From contig JANNRJ010000004.1 in NCBI GenBank assembly GCA_031401235.1, forward strand, positions 3,311 to 67,310: a DNA stretch of 64,000 nt, in the 5' to 3' direction. The position numbers and the translations under genes were made by a program. Positions 27,989 through 37,354 of the stretch are shown piece by piece; the stretch's first letter is position 1, and every line of letters begins with the position of its first letter. The notes beneath the pieces were generated by a model that saw only the letters and a program-made list of their open reading frames with translations, was not told the DNA's origin and did not search any database. The stretch is from Actinomycetota bacterium (GTDB lineage: Bacteria; Actinomycetota; Acidimicrobiia; Acidimicrobiales; Ilumatobacteraceae).

Positions 27989-28408
27989 TCATGAATCGTT
28001 TCCGCCGATTTGAGCGAGACCCTCGCCGCTGATCCGCCCATGACGCGTCGAATCCCATAGCTCAACTCGGTCGAACGATCCAGCAACAATAATTCGCGAA
28101 TTCAATTCCAATCCGGCGTATATGCGCAGCTTCTCGTCGATATTGATTCGACCTTGGGCATCAACTGACACTTCGAATGTGTTGGATGCAAGAGCACGTT
28201 GCTGGTTGCGATCCATTTCTCCACTACGTACTTTGGCCACTGCATCACGGGCAACTTCTTCAAAAGCCTCAGCAGTTAGGACGTCCACGCATTTATCGCG
28301 GCCGATGGAGAGATAACAGCGCGGCTCGAGTTGAGGTCGGAATGTCGACGGGAGCGCGACACGACCCTTAGGGTCGAGCTGTCGTTCATGTACCCCTACA
28401 AACACCAT
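27989..28408 (-). CDS. mraZ: transcriptional regulator MraZ
   Basis: 139 aa. Starts MVFVGVHERQLDPKGRVALPSTFR, with the second repeat half containing DAQGRINI. First gene of the dcw cluster. Confidence 0.93.
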   Translation of the reverse strand: MVFVGVHERQLDPKGRVALPSTFRPQLEPRCYLSIGRDKCVDVLTAEAFEEVARDAVAKVRSGEMDRNQQRALASNTFEVSVDAQGRINIDEKLRIYAGLELNSRIIVAGSFDRVELWDSTRHGRISGEGLAQIGGNDS

Positions 28409-28473
28409 GGCCTCCGCTGCCGTTTTCTTGCTGCCAGGGGGCGGAGCTCACTCCACTTCCCTGTCGAGCACTA

Positions 28474-28523
28474 TATCCCCACTTCACCCCACCGAGATGT
28501 ATCTACCCCCACTATCCCCCACT
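28474..28523 (-). promoter_or_regulatory. array of four phased GTGGGG boxes (putative MraZ operator) overlapping a candidate -10
   Basis: The minus strand reads AGTGGGGGAT|AGTGGGGGTA|GATACATCTC|GGTGGGGTGA|AGTGGGGATA, so boxes fall in slots 1, 2, 4 and 5 of a 10-bp register. A -10-like TATAGT follows at 28475-28470. The array ends about 65 nt upstream of the mraZ ATG. Confidence 0.55.
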
Positions 28524-28587
28524 AACCGATGGCCGGTACTCGTCGTATGGAAGTAGCGAATCCGTATCTGGACTAGCCTTCGCCGAC

Positions 28588-28941
28588 ATGAGCCTGTTCT
28601 GGGAGCAGACCGTGATTAATGCTCGGAATCCCGTTGAGCTCGGTCAATGGTGGTCAAAGGCGCTCAGTTGGGTCGTCGTCAATGATTCTTCGGAAGACTT
28701 TGAAATTCGACCTGCGACAGACAGATTGCCTGGCATTCTGTTTGTGCGAGTGACTGATCCGAAGACCGCCATCAATCGAATCCATCTTGATTTTCGACCT
28801 TATGATCAGGAGGCGGCAGTGACACGCCTATTGGCGATGGGGGCAACATTGGCCGATGTTGGGCAAGGCAAACAATCATGGGTCGTGCTCGCCGACATTG
28901 AAGGCAACGAGTTTTGCGTTCTTAGTGACAGTCGAAGTTAG
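28588..28941 (+). CDS. VOC/glyoxalase-like domain protein
   Basis: 117 aa. The pattern ...FEIRP...GILFVRV...RIHLDF....VVLADIEGNEFCVL resembles small glyoxalase-like (VOC) proteins common in actinobacteria. Confidence 0.6.
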   Translation: MSLFWEQTVINARNPVELGQWWSKALSWVVVNDSSEDFEIRPATDRLPGILFVRVTDPKTAINRIHLDFRPYDQEAAVTRLLAMGATLADVGQGKQSWVVLADIEGNEFCVLSDSRS

Positions 28942-28961
28942 ACCTCGGCGAAAACTTCGTG

Positions 28962-29939
28962 TCAAGGGGTAATGATTATTTTGCCCTGAGTGTGTCCCAA
29001 TTCCAGATAGCGAAATGCGTCAGCGGTGTCTTTCAAGTCAAATCGTCGATCAATGACCGACCTGATTTTTCCAAGTTCAAGGAGTTCCTTCAGAACTAAG
29101 AGGTCGGCTTTGGTTTGCTTGGCGATAAATGGAACCGCTCGCTGACTGACGAACATGAACGCGAAAATTGCTTTAGCCAGATGAGTAATTGGGCCAACCC
29201 AGTTACCATTTTTGGGACCGCCGACGACAACATAGATTCCCTTGGGGCTCAACACGCTTCTGCAAGTTCGTAGCGAACGGTTTCCAACATTGTCAATCAA
29301 AAGGTCGTAGCGGGAGTTACCGGCGGCAAAGTCTTCCAGCTTGTAATCAATTACATGATCTGATCCGAGTGATCGAACCATTTCAACGTTGCGCGTGCTG
29401 CACACGCCGGTCACTTCTGCCCCGAGCGCTTTCGCGATCTGTACGGCGAACGTTCCCACGCCTCCCGCAGCACCGTTAATCAACACCTTTTGCCCCGGTT
29501 GAAGCCTCCCTTTGTCACGCAGTCCTTGAAGAGCGGTCATCGCCGCGATAGGTACCGCGGCTGCATGCTCAAAGGTGACATTGGCCGGTTTCTTTACTAT
29601 CGAGTTCTCCGACACACAGATGTATTCGGCGAAGCTTCCACCGCTCCCCCCAAATACTTCGTCACCAGATTGGAACTGGGTGACATCCTTGCCTACCGCC
29701 TCGACTCGGCCGGCAAAATCGATTCCTTGGATGCTCCGTTTCGGAGTTCGCAACCCCGCCTGGAGTCGGATGAGATAAGGAGTACCGGACATGAAATGCC
29801 AGTCGGCAGGATTCAACGATGCGGCCAATACTCTGACTAGCACTTTGCCATCACTAACGACCGGCATGTCGACAACCTCGAGTTTCAGAACATCAGGTCC
29901 GCCATAGCGGTTGTGAGTTATCGCCTTCATTGAATTCAT
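28962..29939 (-). CDS. NAD(P)-dependent oxidoreductase, medium-chain dehydrogenase/reductase (quinone-oxidoreductase-like)
   Basis: GroES-like N-terminus (MKAITHNRYGGPDVLKLE) and Rossmann motif INGAAGGVGTFAVQIAK. The ATG at 29939 has GAGAGGA 8 nt upstream. The track start at 30008 is an unsupported extension. Confidence 0.8.
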   Translation of the reverse strand: MNSMKAITHNRYGGPDVLKLEVVDMPVVSDGKVLVRVLAASLNPADWHFMSGTPYLIRLQAGLRTPKRSIQGIDFAGRVEAVGKDVTQFQSGDEVFGGSGGSFAEYICVSENSIVKKPANVTFEHAAAVPIAAMTALQGLRDKGRLQPGQKVLINGAAGGVGTFAVQIAKALGAEVTGVCSTRNVEMVRSLGSDHVIDYKLEDFAAGNSRYDLLIDNVGNRSLRTCRSVLSPKGIYVVVGGPKNGNWVGPITHLAKAIFAFMFVSQRAVPFIAKQTKADLLVLKELLELGKIRSVIDRRFDLKDTADAFRYLELGHTQGKIIITP

Positions 29940-30212
29940 TTTCGTGGTCCTCTCGAGTCGAGTATTTAAATGAAATGGCGGCGCGCTCGACGTGAACACG
30001 GTCAACATTTACGGGATGAAGCATTCGTGGTAGGAAAATATATTTGCGTCGACGGTATCTGATATTGGCCTAACGATGATGTTGCGAAACAATTACCCGA
30101 GGTATAACGAGCAGACCGAGACCGACCGCGAGAGCTGGCACATTCAGCACCCAAGAAAAATACGTTGGAGTCAGCACCGACGCGGGATCGGAGCTATGGC
30201 TTCATGCCCGAT

Positions 30213-30941
30213 TCAGAGGGTGTTCAGTTCGAACACGAATGCGGCCAACAATTGATTGGGGTCATGGTCCGCAACTACCACCAGGTCATGCATTTCATCC
30301 ACGCTTGGTCGTGGAAGGGACAGAAGCGACAAGAATTTCTCCGGAGTCCAACGTCGATGAACGAAGCACTGAAAGCGAGCTGCCTTGTTGGTCCGGCGTT
30401 GGCTGATTCCCACAATTTTGTTGCCATTAATCAACACTTCGCCTGGTCCCAAACCGGCGAAGCATACAAGTTTGGACCAAGTTGACGGTTCGGCTCTCCC
30501 ACGATGAACACTGACCAGAGACATACCAAAATTTGTTAGTACGCGGCTCCAAGCGTCGCCAATCCATTGCGATGATGCCACGACATCGTCATTCCATAAA
30601 ACATCACCTCGCGGAACCACAATATCCACCCACAGATGTTCGCCCATTGCCAAATACACCGCTCCGCCGCCGGAGCGACGACGCACAACTTCAACATTGG
30701 CTTTGGCGCATGCCCCCAAATTCACGACATCTTCGGTTTGACTGGAGCCCAATACCATCGCTGATCTTGAGATTTTAATATTCCAAATTCCGCGCTCGGC
30801 TGGAAGATCTCTGGAGTGCATTTCCGAAGCGGAATGCTCAACGTTGTGAACCTGCCAGTTTGCGTTAGGACGCGACTGCAAGATATTGCTTCCAGGCATC
30901 AGGGACTCGACCCACTGATACCGCAATCCAAGCCAATTCAC
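30213..30941 (-). CDS. biotin/lipoate A/B protein ligase family protein
   Basis: RRRSGGGAVY and NGNKIVGISQRR motifs of the BPL_LplA_LipB fold. The start is uncertain. 30941 overlaps the HNH gene by 77 nt; ATGs at 30899 and 30821 are alternatives. Confidence 0.65.
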   Translation of the reverse strand: MNWLGLRYQWVESLMPGSNILQSRPNANWQVHNVEHSASEMHSRDLPAERGIWNIKISRSAMVLGSSQTEDVVNLGACAKANVEVVRRRSGGGAVYLAMGEHLWVDIVVPRGDVLWNDDVVASSQWIGDAWSRVLTNFGMSLVSVHRGRAEPSTWSKLVCFAGLGPGEVLINGNKIVGISQRRTNKAARFQCFVHRRWTPEKFLSLLSLPRPSVDEMHDLVVVADHDPNQLLAAFVFELNTL

Positions 30942-31362
30942 GAGGAGCGAGAGGCTTACTCCACAATCGCATGCCGGCTTCCTCGGGGGTGCGATCGCGT
31001 TTGCGCAAATTACATCCGCGGCAAGCAGCAGTCACATTTTCCCAAATATGCATTCCTCCGCGTGAGCGAGGCATGACATGATCGATGCTGTCGGCAATTC
31101 CACCACAGTATTGGCACCGATGATCATCTCGGGCGAACACGGCACGCCTCGACAATGCCGTTCGCCGATGATATGGAACTTTGACCACGTACCGAAGTCG
31201 AATTACCAGTGGACCCGGAATAGATATCGAGACTGAATGCACCTCGGAACCGTCGTCTTCAATTATTTCTGCTTTCTCAGAAAGCACCAGCCACACTGCT
31301 CGTCGAGCAGACACAATGCTCAGCGGCTCGAACGTTGCGTTGAGAACGAGCGCGCTACGCAT
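30865..31362 (-). CDS. HNH endonuclease family protein
   Basis: 165 aa. CQYCG...DHVMPRSRGG...WENVTAACRGCNLRK is a complete HNH/zinc-ribbon motif. Confidence 0.8.
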   Translation of the reverse strand: MRSALVLNATFEPLSIVSARRAVWLVLSEKAEIIEDDGSEVHSVSISIPGPLVIRLRYVVKVPYHRRTALSRRAVFARDDHRCQYCGGIADSIDHVMPRSRGGMHIWENVTAACRGCNLRKRDRTPEEAGMRLWSKPLAPRELAWIAVSVGRVPDAWKQYLAVAS

Positions 31363-31365
31363 TGG

Positions 31366-31647
31366 TTAACCGCGTCGCCTATTACTGGGCCCGCTGGTAC
31401 TGTCCCAATCTCGACACCACTCAAGGTATTCGAGAACATCGGCGACTTCTGGAGTCGCAATTGGCGAGCCATATTGAGTGATCGTGCGAAAAGCCGTATA
31501 GGCCGGAGAAGGAAGTGGAAGAAATGGCGCAGTTTTCCACCAATTACGCCGAGCCAGTCGCAAACATTGACGGACGGCCGTGGACCACAACCGTGGTCGC
31601 ACCGCGATTACAGCACAAATCCGAAAAAAATCACGTGGAGTCAACAT
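31366..31647 (-). CDS. hypothetical protein
   Basis: 93 aa ORF that exactly fills the gap between the acyl-CoA dehydrogenase stop (31652) and the HNH start (31362). No family recognised. Confidence 0.4.
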   Translation of the reverse strand: MLTPRDFFRICAVIAVRPRLWSTAVRQCLRLARRNWWKTAPFLPLPSPAYTAFRTITQYGSPIATPEVADVLEYLEWCRDWDSTSGPSNRRRG

Positions 31648-31651
31648 GAGT

Positions 31652-32872
31652 TCAGTTTGGTTTCGGCTCTTTAGGGAGACCTAGCACCATCTCTCCGATT
31701 ATATTGCGCTGGATCTGTGAGGAGCCAGCATAAATAGTTCCAGCCCTGGCATTTAGGAATGTCATCGCCCAACTCATCGAACTATTTGCCGCACCGGAAT
31801 CATCGGTGCCAAACGAACTGGATGGTTTCCGACCGGTTGGAACCAAAGCATCGGCGCCAAGAATATCGACGGCCAGTTCGGTGACAACTTTGTGATATTC
31901 ACTCCAATATAATTTGGAAATTGCGCCATCTGGTCCTGGATGATGACCGGCGAGAAACTTTGTCAAAGTTCGCAAACCTAAGTACCGCATGACTTGCACT
32001 TTCGAGTAACACCACGCCAAACGTTGCCGAATTCGCGGATCGTTATTGACTCCGTATTGCCGAGCCAGTTCCACTAGTCGATCAAATTCCGCTTGAAAGC
32101 GAATTGGTGCCGTCGCCGCTGCTTCACCGCGTTCGAAACCGAGTAGACCCATTGCTACGGCCCAACCATTGTTCACACCGCCGACTACGTTTTCTTTCGG
32201 TACGACGACGTCGGTGTAAAACACCTCATTGAATTCGCTTTCGCCGGACAACATTTTGATTGGTCGAACTTCAATTCCTGGCTGTCGCATATCCACGAGA
32301 ATGAACGAAATTCCCTTGTGTTTTGGCGCATCTGGATCAGTACGACAAAGAGTAAAAATGTGATCAGCGAGATGACCGGAAGACGTCCAGATTTTTTGAC
32401 CATTCAATATCCATTGATCGCCGTCCAATTCAGCTCGTAGTCCAACATTGCTCAGGTCGCTTCCTGCATTCGGCTCGCTGTAACCCTGACACCACGTGTC
32501 TTCACCGGAGATTATCCGTGGTAAGTAATGCTTCTTCTGTTCTTCTGTGCCAAATAGCAACAACGTATTGCCCAGCATTTGGATGCTAAATGCATCGTTG
32601 GGGCCGCCTATGGGAACTCCAGCACGAGTGAACTCCTCGGCAACAATTACTTGTTCAAGCGCAGAAAGTCCGCCGCCACCGTAGGCAACCGGCCAACCCG
32701 TTGCCAAGTATCCCGACGATGCCAATGTTGCACGCCACTCGTTGACGAAATGTTCCAGTTCGACGCCGACGAGTGAACCAATTCCATTCCAATTGGCGGG
32801 TAATTTTTCAGCCAAAAATGCCTGAACTTTTTCACGGTACTCTTCTGCTTCAGGGCTATATATGGGCTGCAT
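31652..32872 (-). CDS. acyl-CoA dehydrogenase family protein
   Basis: 406 aa. ACAD N, middle and C-terminal domain pattern (WPVAYGGGG, QGYSEPNAGSD, IYAGSSQIQRNIIGE). Confidence 0.9.
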   Translation of the reverse strand: MQPIYSPEAEEYREKVQAFLAEKLPANWNGIGSLVGVELEHFVNEWRATLASSGYLATGWPVAYGGGGLSALEQVIVAEEFTRAGVPIGGPNDAFSIQMLGNTLLLFGTEEQKKHYLPRIISGEDTWCQGYSEPNAGSDLSNVGLRAELDGDQWILNGQKIWTSSGHLADHIFTLCRTDPDAPKHKGISFILVDMRQPGIEVRPIKMLSGESEFNEVFYTDVVVPKENVVGGVNNGWAVAMGLLGFERGEAAATAPIRFQAEFDRLVELARQYGVNNDPRIRQRLAWCYSKVQVMRYLGLRTLTKFLAGHHPGPDGAISKLYWSEYHKVVTELAVDILGADALVPTGRKPSSSFGTDDSGAANSSMSWAMTFLNARAGTIYAGSSQIQRNIIGEMVLGLPKEPKPN

Positions 32873-32910
32873 TTAGTTCACGTTAGTTTGAAAATGCTCC
32901 TGTGCAAGTG

Positions 32911-33822
32911 TCACAAGCGATCATCTCTATCGTCTGGGTGTTCGCGACCATATTTGGCGACGGCAGCAGCACCGATCAATGGTGCGGCATCACCCAAGCC
33001 GGCCGGTATTACCCGCAACCCGGCGATGAAATCAAGTCGAGCATGCTTGTCTATTTCATGTTGCGCGGCGGCATAAAATGGCGCACCAAATCCGAGAGCA
33101 ACCGATCCTCCGATGACTGCGAGTCGGGCATCGACCACGGCGGCCACGGAAACAATCGCTCGGCCCACTAATTGTCCGACCCGCTCAATGACATCGACTG
33201 TCGCTTCGGCAGCAGGCTTGCCAGTTATCGCTGCCATCGATCGCCCTGATGCATACGCCTCAAGACAGCCGCTCGATCCACAAGCACATTGGCGGCCATT
33301 TGGTTCGACAATGACATGTCCGATGTGTCCGGCATTTCCAAGTCGTCCGCGAAGAAGCACTCCATCCGAAATAATTCCACCTCCAACCCCTGTTGAAACA
33401 ACCATTCCAATGACGTTATTCTCACCTTGGGCGGCGCCTTTCCATTGCTCTCCAAGCACAAGTGCCTGTGCGTCGTTATAGATATAAGTGTCGTATCCAC
33501 TGAGTTGTTTCAGTTTGGATTGCAACGGAAAATTCCGCCATTCGGGAATATGCAACGTCGACACATACTCTCCATCACGCGTCATTGGTCCACCGCTACC
33601 AACACCGCAAGCCACCAGATCGCAATTCGTGGTATCCATCTGCTCTTGGACAAGTGAGCTGAGCGCGCCCCAAACATTGTGTTCTGGAGTTGGAACTTGA
33701 GACCTTGCGACCAGTTCGCCGTCCGCGGTTACGACGCCGACGGCGAGCTTTGTGCCGCCGATATCAACGGCAAGAAATGCTCTAGACGCCGCGGGAAAAC
33801 TTTTCGCGAATATTCTGCGCAT
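32911..33822 (-). CDS. ROK family sugar kinase
   Basis: LAVDIGGTKLAVGVV ATP motif and ROK zinc motif GHIGH...CACGSSGCLE. I prefer the ATG at 33822. The track start at 33876 overlaps the upstream gene by 95 nt. Confidence 0.85.
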   Translation of the reverse strand: MRRIFAKSFPAASRAFLAVDIGGTKLAVGVVTADGELVARSQVPTPEHNVWGALSSLVQEQMDTTNCDLVACGVGSGGPMTRDGEYVSTLHIPEWRNFPLQSKLKQLSGYDTYIYNDAQALVLGEQWKGAAQGENNVIGMVVSTGVGGGIISDGVLLRGRLGNAGHIGHVIVEPNGRQCACGSSGCLEAYASGRSMAAITGKPAAEATVDVIERVGQLVGRAIVSVAAVVDARLAVIGGSVALGFGAPFYAAAQHEIDKHARLDFIAGLRVIPAGLGDAAPLIGAAAVAKYGREHPDDRDDRL

Positions 33823-34135
33823 TGAGTCGAGATGTTCGAATTGTGGCCGCAATATCTTGGATACCAGCCTTGCCAATCGCCCGCAATTGGCGCTCTATTA
33901 CCAAGACGAAGAAAAGCATTCCGAGAAAACCAACGAAGGCAAACATGAAGTGGATCTGGAGAAGTGCGATCGTGGCGACGAGTGAAGCCAAAATTCCAAG
34001 AATTGCCCAACGAACGGTTCGTGCCGAGTGGCGATACAACCCCGCCGGTGACACCGCCTGCGCAAAGCGCTGATCGGTCTCGAGTTGTTCCTCGATTTGA
34101 CGAAGAATTCGCTGTTCGTTATCTGACAATGCCAC
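33782..34135 (-). CDS. DUF3040-like small membrane protein
   Basis: The GTG at 34135 has GAGGAG 5 nt upstream and gives MALSDNEQRILRQIEEQL..., the typical DUF3040 N-terminus, followed by two TM helices. Confidence 0.7.
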   Translation of the reverse strand: MALSDNEQRILRQIEEQLETDQRFAQAVSPAGLYRHSARTVRWAILGILASLVATIALLQIHFMFAFVGFLGMLFFVLVIERQLRAIGKAGIQDIAATIRTSRLNAQNIREKFSRGV

Positions 34136-34260
34136 GTGGACTCCTCTTTGGTTCCATTCTCGCATGAATTGCCCACTGGAACAACGCAGGCAATCTTGGC
34201 TACTCTCCCTGAGGATTGGTGGCTCCACCGAAGCAACGGGCCGGATTTATGAATGAACCA

Positions 34261-35550
34261 CTACCCGACATCGGTCGTGTCGCTCGTTTTAGGTTGCGAC
34301 GGCCCCCAAGGTGAGGAACCTGGCTCTCGTTCGGTATGCAATGTGCTGGCCGGGCGAATAGCCCCTTGGCCAAATCGTTCCCGTATTTCATCGATCGCCG
34401 ATGTCGCGTCTTTCCACACCGCATCTAAATCGGCCGCCTCACTAGCGCTCGCATTGTCCTCAAAGAGACTGGACTGAACGGTGGGTTCGGAGAAGTTGCG
34501 TGTTGAAAACCCGACTAAGCGCACCCCATCTCGAAGATCAATTTCATCTAACGCCGATTCAATCAACCGAAGCATTGCCTGGGCAGACGACAGTGGCGAC
34601 ATCGATGTTCGCGACCTTGTAATCATCCGAAAGTCGCTGAACTTCAGCTTCAAAGTACAAGTTCGCGGCGACAGCCCCTCGGCCCGGCATCGTCGGGCAA
34701 CGGCATCAGTAAGTCGCACGAGGTGGGTGTGAATTTCGTCGTGACTATGAATGTCGTCGCTAAACGTCTCTTCATGTCCAATAGATTTTGAGTCGCTACT
34801 AGCAATCACTGGTCGATCATCACGAGCATTAGCCAGATCGTGCAAATGCTTGCCGTGCGCTTGTCCGATCATGGTTTGCAATGTTCGAAGATCAAAGGCA
34901 GCCAAGTCGGCAACGGTGGCGATACCCAGACGCTGCAATTTCGAGAGGGTCACTGGTCCGACCCCCCACAACGCCTCAACTTTGAGCGGGTACAAAAAAG
35001 CCAATTCATTGCCAGGAAGAACTTCAACGACTCCCGGTCCGGGCACTACTGAATCAGCAGTCGCCCGCGGCTTGGCTACTTTAGATGCAAGTTTGGCAAT
35101 AAATTTGCTAGGTGCTACGCCGACACTGCACTCCAATTGCATTTCTTGTCGTATCCGCCGTCGAATATCGTGCGCAATTTCCACACCACTGCCGAAAAGT
35201 TTCAATGCACCAGTCACATCAAGAAATGCTTCGTCGAGAGACAATCCTTCGACGAGTGGCGTGTAATCACTGAACACATCGAAAACTTGCGCGCTGACGT
35301 CGGAATAGAGTTTTTGATCTCCCGGCAGAAATATTGCCTGAGGACAACGCCGACGGGCCTGGGCCGAGGACATCGCCGAGAAGATTCCAAAACGACGGGC
35401 TTCGTAGGATGCCGCGGCGACAACTCCACGAGCCCCACTCCCCCCGACAACGACAGGTTTACCAATAAGTTCAGGGTGACGGCGCAACTCAACAGCCACA
35501 TAGAACATATCCATATCAACGTGAAGAATCGTGCGCACTACGAGGAACAA
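34261..35550 (-). CDS. dinB: DNA polymerase IV (Y-family)
   Basis: ILHVDMDMFYVAVE N-terminus, SLDEAFLDVT, and little-finger domain. Confidence 0.93.
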   Translation of the reverse strand: MFLVVRTILHVDMDMFYVAVELRRHPELIGKPVVVGGSGARGVVAAASYEARRFGIFSAMSSAQARRRCPQAIFLPGDQKLYSDVSAQVFDVFSDYTPLVEGLSLDEAFLDVTGALKLFGSGVEIAHDIRRRIRQEMQLECSVGVAPSKFIAKLASKVAKPRATADSVVPGPGVVEVLPGNELAFLYPLKVEALWGVGPVTLSKLQRLGIATVADLAAFDLRTLQTMIGQAHGKHLHDLANARDDRPVIASSDSKSIGHEETFSDDIHSHDEIHTHLVRLTDAVARRCRAEGLSPRTCTLKLKFSDFRMITRSRTSMSPLSSAQAMLRLIESALDEIDLRDGVRLVGFSTRNFSEPTVQSSLFEDNASASEAADLDAVWKDATSAIDEIRERFGQGAIRPASTLHTEREPGSSPWGPSQPKTSDTTDVG

Positions 35551-35857
35551 TACCGACCTCTACGATGGTGAAGTGTCTACCTCGCCCGGATCCAACCGCT
35601 CACTTTCCGCATTGCCCTCGCCGAAGGCGCGCATCGTCGCATTCATCGCGATTTTGATTGCCGGAATCGCCGGTGCATTGATCGGGTCAGCGATGATCGA
35701 TCTACAGTGCAGCGGCAGTTGTGATGTCCCAATCGGAATCGGTTTGTTTATTGGGGCACTAATAGGCGCGAGCGGAATGAGCATTGTCACGGTCTTGGTG
35801 TTGCGAGCCGCCGGTGAATGGCGCGAACTCGCCGATAACAAATCTTCCGACTCATGA
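35531..35857 (+). CDS. hypothetical small membrane protein
   Basis: Two predicted TM helices (IVAFIAILIAGIAGALIGSAMI and IGIGLFIGALIGASGMSIVTVLVL). The stop forms an ATGA overlap with the next gene. The true start may be the GTG at 35573. Confidence 0.45.
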   Translation: MRTTRNNTDLYDGEVSTSPGSNRSLSALPSPKARIVAFIAILIAGIAGALIGSAMIDLQCSGSCDVPIGIGLFIGALIGASGMSIVTVLVLRAAGEWRELADNKSSDS

Positions 35858-36669
35858 CAACTGCGAATCTTGCACTTGGTCACGAGCTGCTTCATATTGC
35901 CTCCACGCTGGCTCGCCAAGCCGGAACAATGGCTTTGATCGGTCGTCAAGGCGGACTGGCCGATGTTCAAACTAAAACCACCGCAACTGACATGGTTACC
36001 GAATTTGATCGAGCGTCTGAATTGCTCGTGTTCGAGGGGCTTAAGCGATTCCGACCCCAAGACACCATTGTCGGCGAAGAGGGCGCAACTCATTCCGGTA
36101 GCAGTGGGATTACTTGGTACATCGACCCGATCGATGGCACGACAAATTTTCTTTATTCTCTTCCAAATTGGGCCGTATCAATTGGGGCAACGGATAATCA
36201 AGGCTCGCTTGCCGGTGCCGTGTACATTCCGGCGATGGATGAAATATTCACCGCAGTGCGCGGGGGTGGAGCACATCTAAATGGTTCGTCAATTCGATGC
36301 AATTCGGTCACCGATCTTTCCCAAGCACTGGTGTGCACCGGCTTTAGTTATTCCGCGGCGCAACGAACTTTGCAAGCTCAGCGAGTGGCGCGGATGATCC
36401 ATCAAGTCCGCGATATTCGTAGATTCGGGGCGGCCGCAATCGATCTCTGTTATGTCGCGTGTGGCCGCTTGGATGCGTATTTTGAAGAAAATCTTGAATT
36501 ATGGGACATTGTTGCTGGCGAATTAATTGCGCGCGAGGCCGGGTGTCGAAGCGGCGGCTTCAATGGTCAAGATGTAACGCCGGCGCAAACACTCGCTTCT
36601 GTGCCCGCCATATTTGACGATCTCGCCACCCTCATAACCGCATCAAGCACTCGCGTTAGACAAGAATAA
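35854..36669 (+). CDS. inositol monophosphatase family protein (SuhB/ImpA/HisN-like)
   Basis: 271 aa. GEEG and WYIDPIDGTTNF metal-binding motifs, and WDIVAG. Confidence 0.85.
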   Translation: MTTANLALGHELLHIASTLARQAGTMALIGRQGGLADVQTKTTATDMVTEFDRASELLVFEGLKRFRPQDTIVGEEGATHSGSSGITWYIDPIDGTTNFLYSLPNWAVSIGATDNQGSLAGAVYIPAMDEIFTAVRGGGAHLNGSSIRCNSVTDLSQALVCTGFSYSAAQRTLQAQRVARMIHQVRDIRRFGAAAIDLCYVACGRLDAYFEENLELWDIVAGELIAREAGCRSGGFNGQDVTPAQTLASVPAIFDDLATLITASSTRVRQE

Positions 36670-36673
36670 CGAC

Positions 36674-37354
36674 GTGGGCACGCGTGTACTGACCGTCGAG
36701 GACGATGAGCGAATTCGTGCGTCCGTAAAACTCGCACTCGAAGATGAGGGTTGGATCGTCGACGAAGCCGCCAGCGGAGAGGAAGCCCTCGTCATATTTA
36801 ACCGTGTGCCGGCCGATGTTGTTCTTATCGACATCATGCTGCCAGGCATTGATGGATTCGAACTTTGTCGAAGCCTTCGACAATCCAGTGATGTTCCAAT
36901 CGTCATGGTCACTGCCCGAGTTGATACTCATGATGTTGTTGCTGGTCTTGAAGCTGGTGCCGACGATTACCTGACCAAACCATTTGCGCCCAAAGAGCTA
37001 TCAGCACGGATCCGAGCATTATTGCGACGCGTGCGTCCGTCGGCACCTGGACACTCGCGATTGATATTTGGAAACCTTGAAATAATTCCCGATGAAGGCA
37101 AAGTTCTTCTTGACAAACGCGAAGCACAACTCACCAAGACCGAATTTCGTTTATTGTGTGAACTCGCTCACGATCCGGGAAGTGTATTTAGCCGTGAAAG
37201 TCTGCTCGATAAAGTATGGGGATACGGATACTTCGGTGATGGTCGATTGGTCGATGTGCATATACGGCGCTTACGAATGAAGGTCGAGTTAGATTCGGCA
37301 AATCCGCAGCATGTGATAACTGTTCGCGGACTTGGCTACCGACTTCAACCGTGA
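36674..37354 (+). CDS. mtrA: OmpR-family response regulator (MtrA-like)
   Basis: Receiver domain (VEDDE...DIMLPGIDG...KPF) plus a winged-helix output domain. The symbol rests on similarity to my memory of MtrA and on operon shape. Confidence 0.7.
   Translation: MGTRVLTVEDDERIRASVKLALEDEGWIVDEAASGEEALVIFNRVPADVVLIDIMLPGIDGFELCRSLRQSSDVPIVMVTARVDTHDVVAGLEAGADDYLTKPFAPKELSARIRALLRRVRPSAPGHSRLIFGNLEIIPDEGKVLLDKREAQLTKTEFRLLCELAHDPGSVFSRESLLDKVWGYGYFGDGRLVDVHIRRLRMKVELDSANPQHVITVRGLGYRLQP

Noticed and set aside
30070-30177. Possible 35-aa single-TM micro-ORF (minus strand, GTG start; LTPTYFSWVLNVPALAVGLGLLVIPRVIVSQHHR) in the ~270-nt gap between the BPL-family gene and the MDR oxidoreductase
   Set aside because: It has no Shine-Dalgarno sequence, a non-ATG start and a very short length. 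I cannot distinguish it from chance without conservation or Ribo-seq data.
35560-36093. 177-aa minus-strand ORF overlapping the small membrane protein and IMPase genes
   Set aside because: The plus-strand frames carry an IMPase motif (WYIDPIDGT) and an ATGA coupling. The minus-strand ORF has no support.
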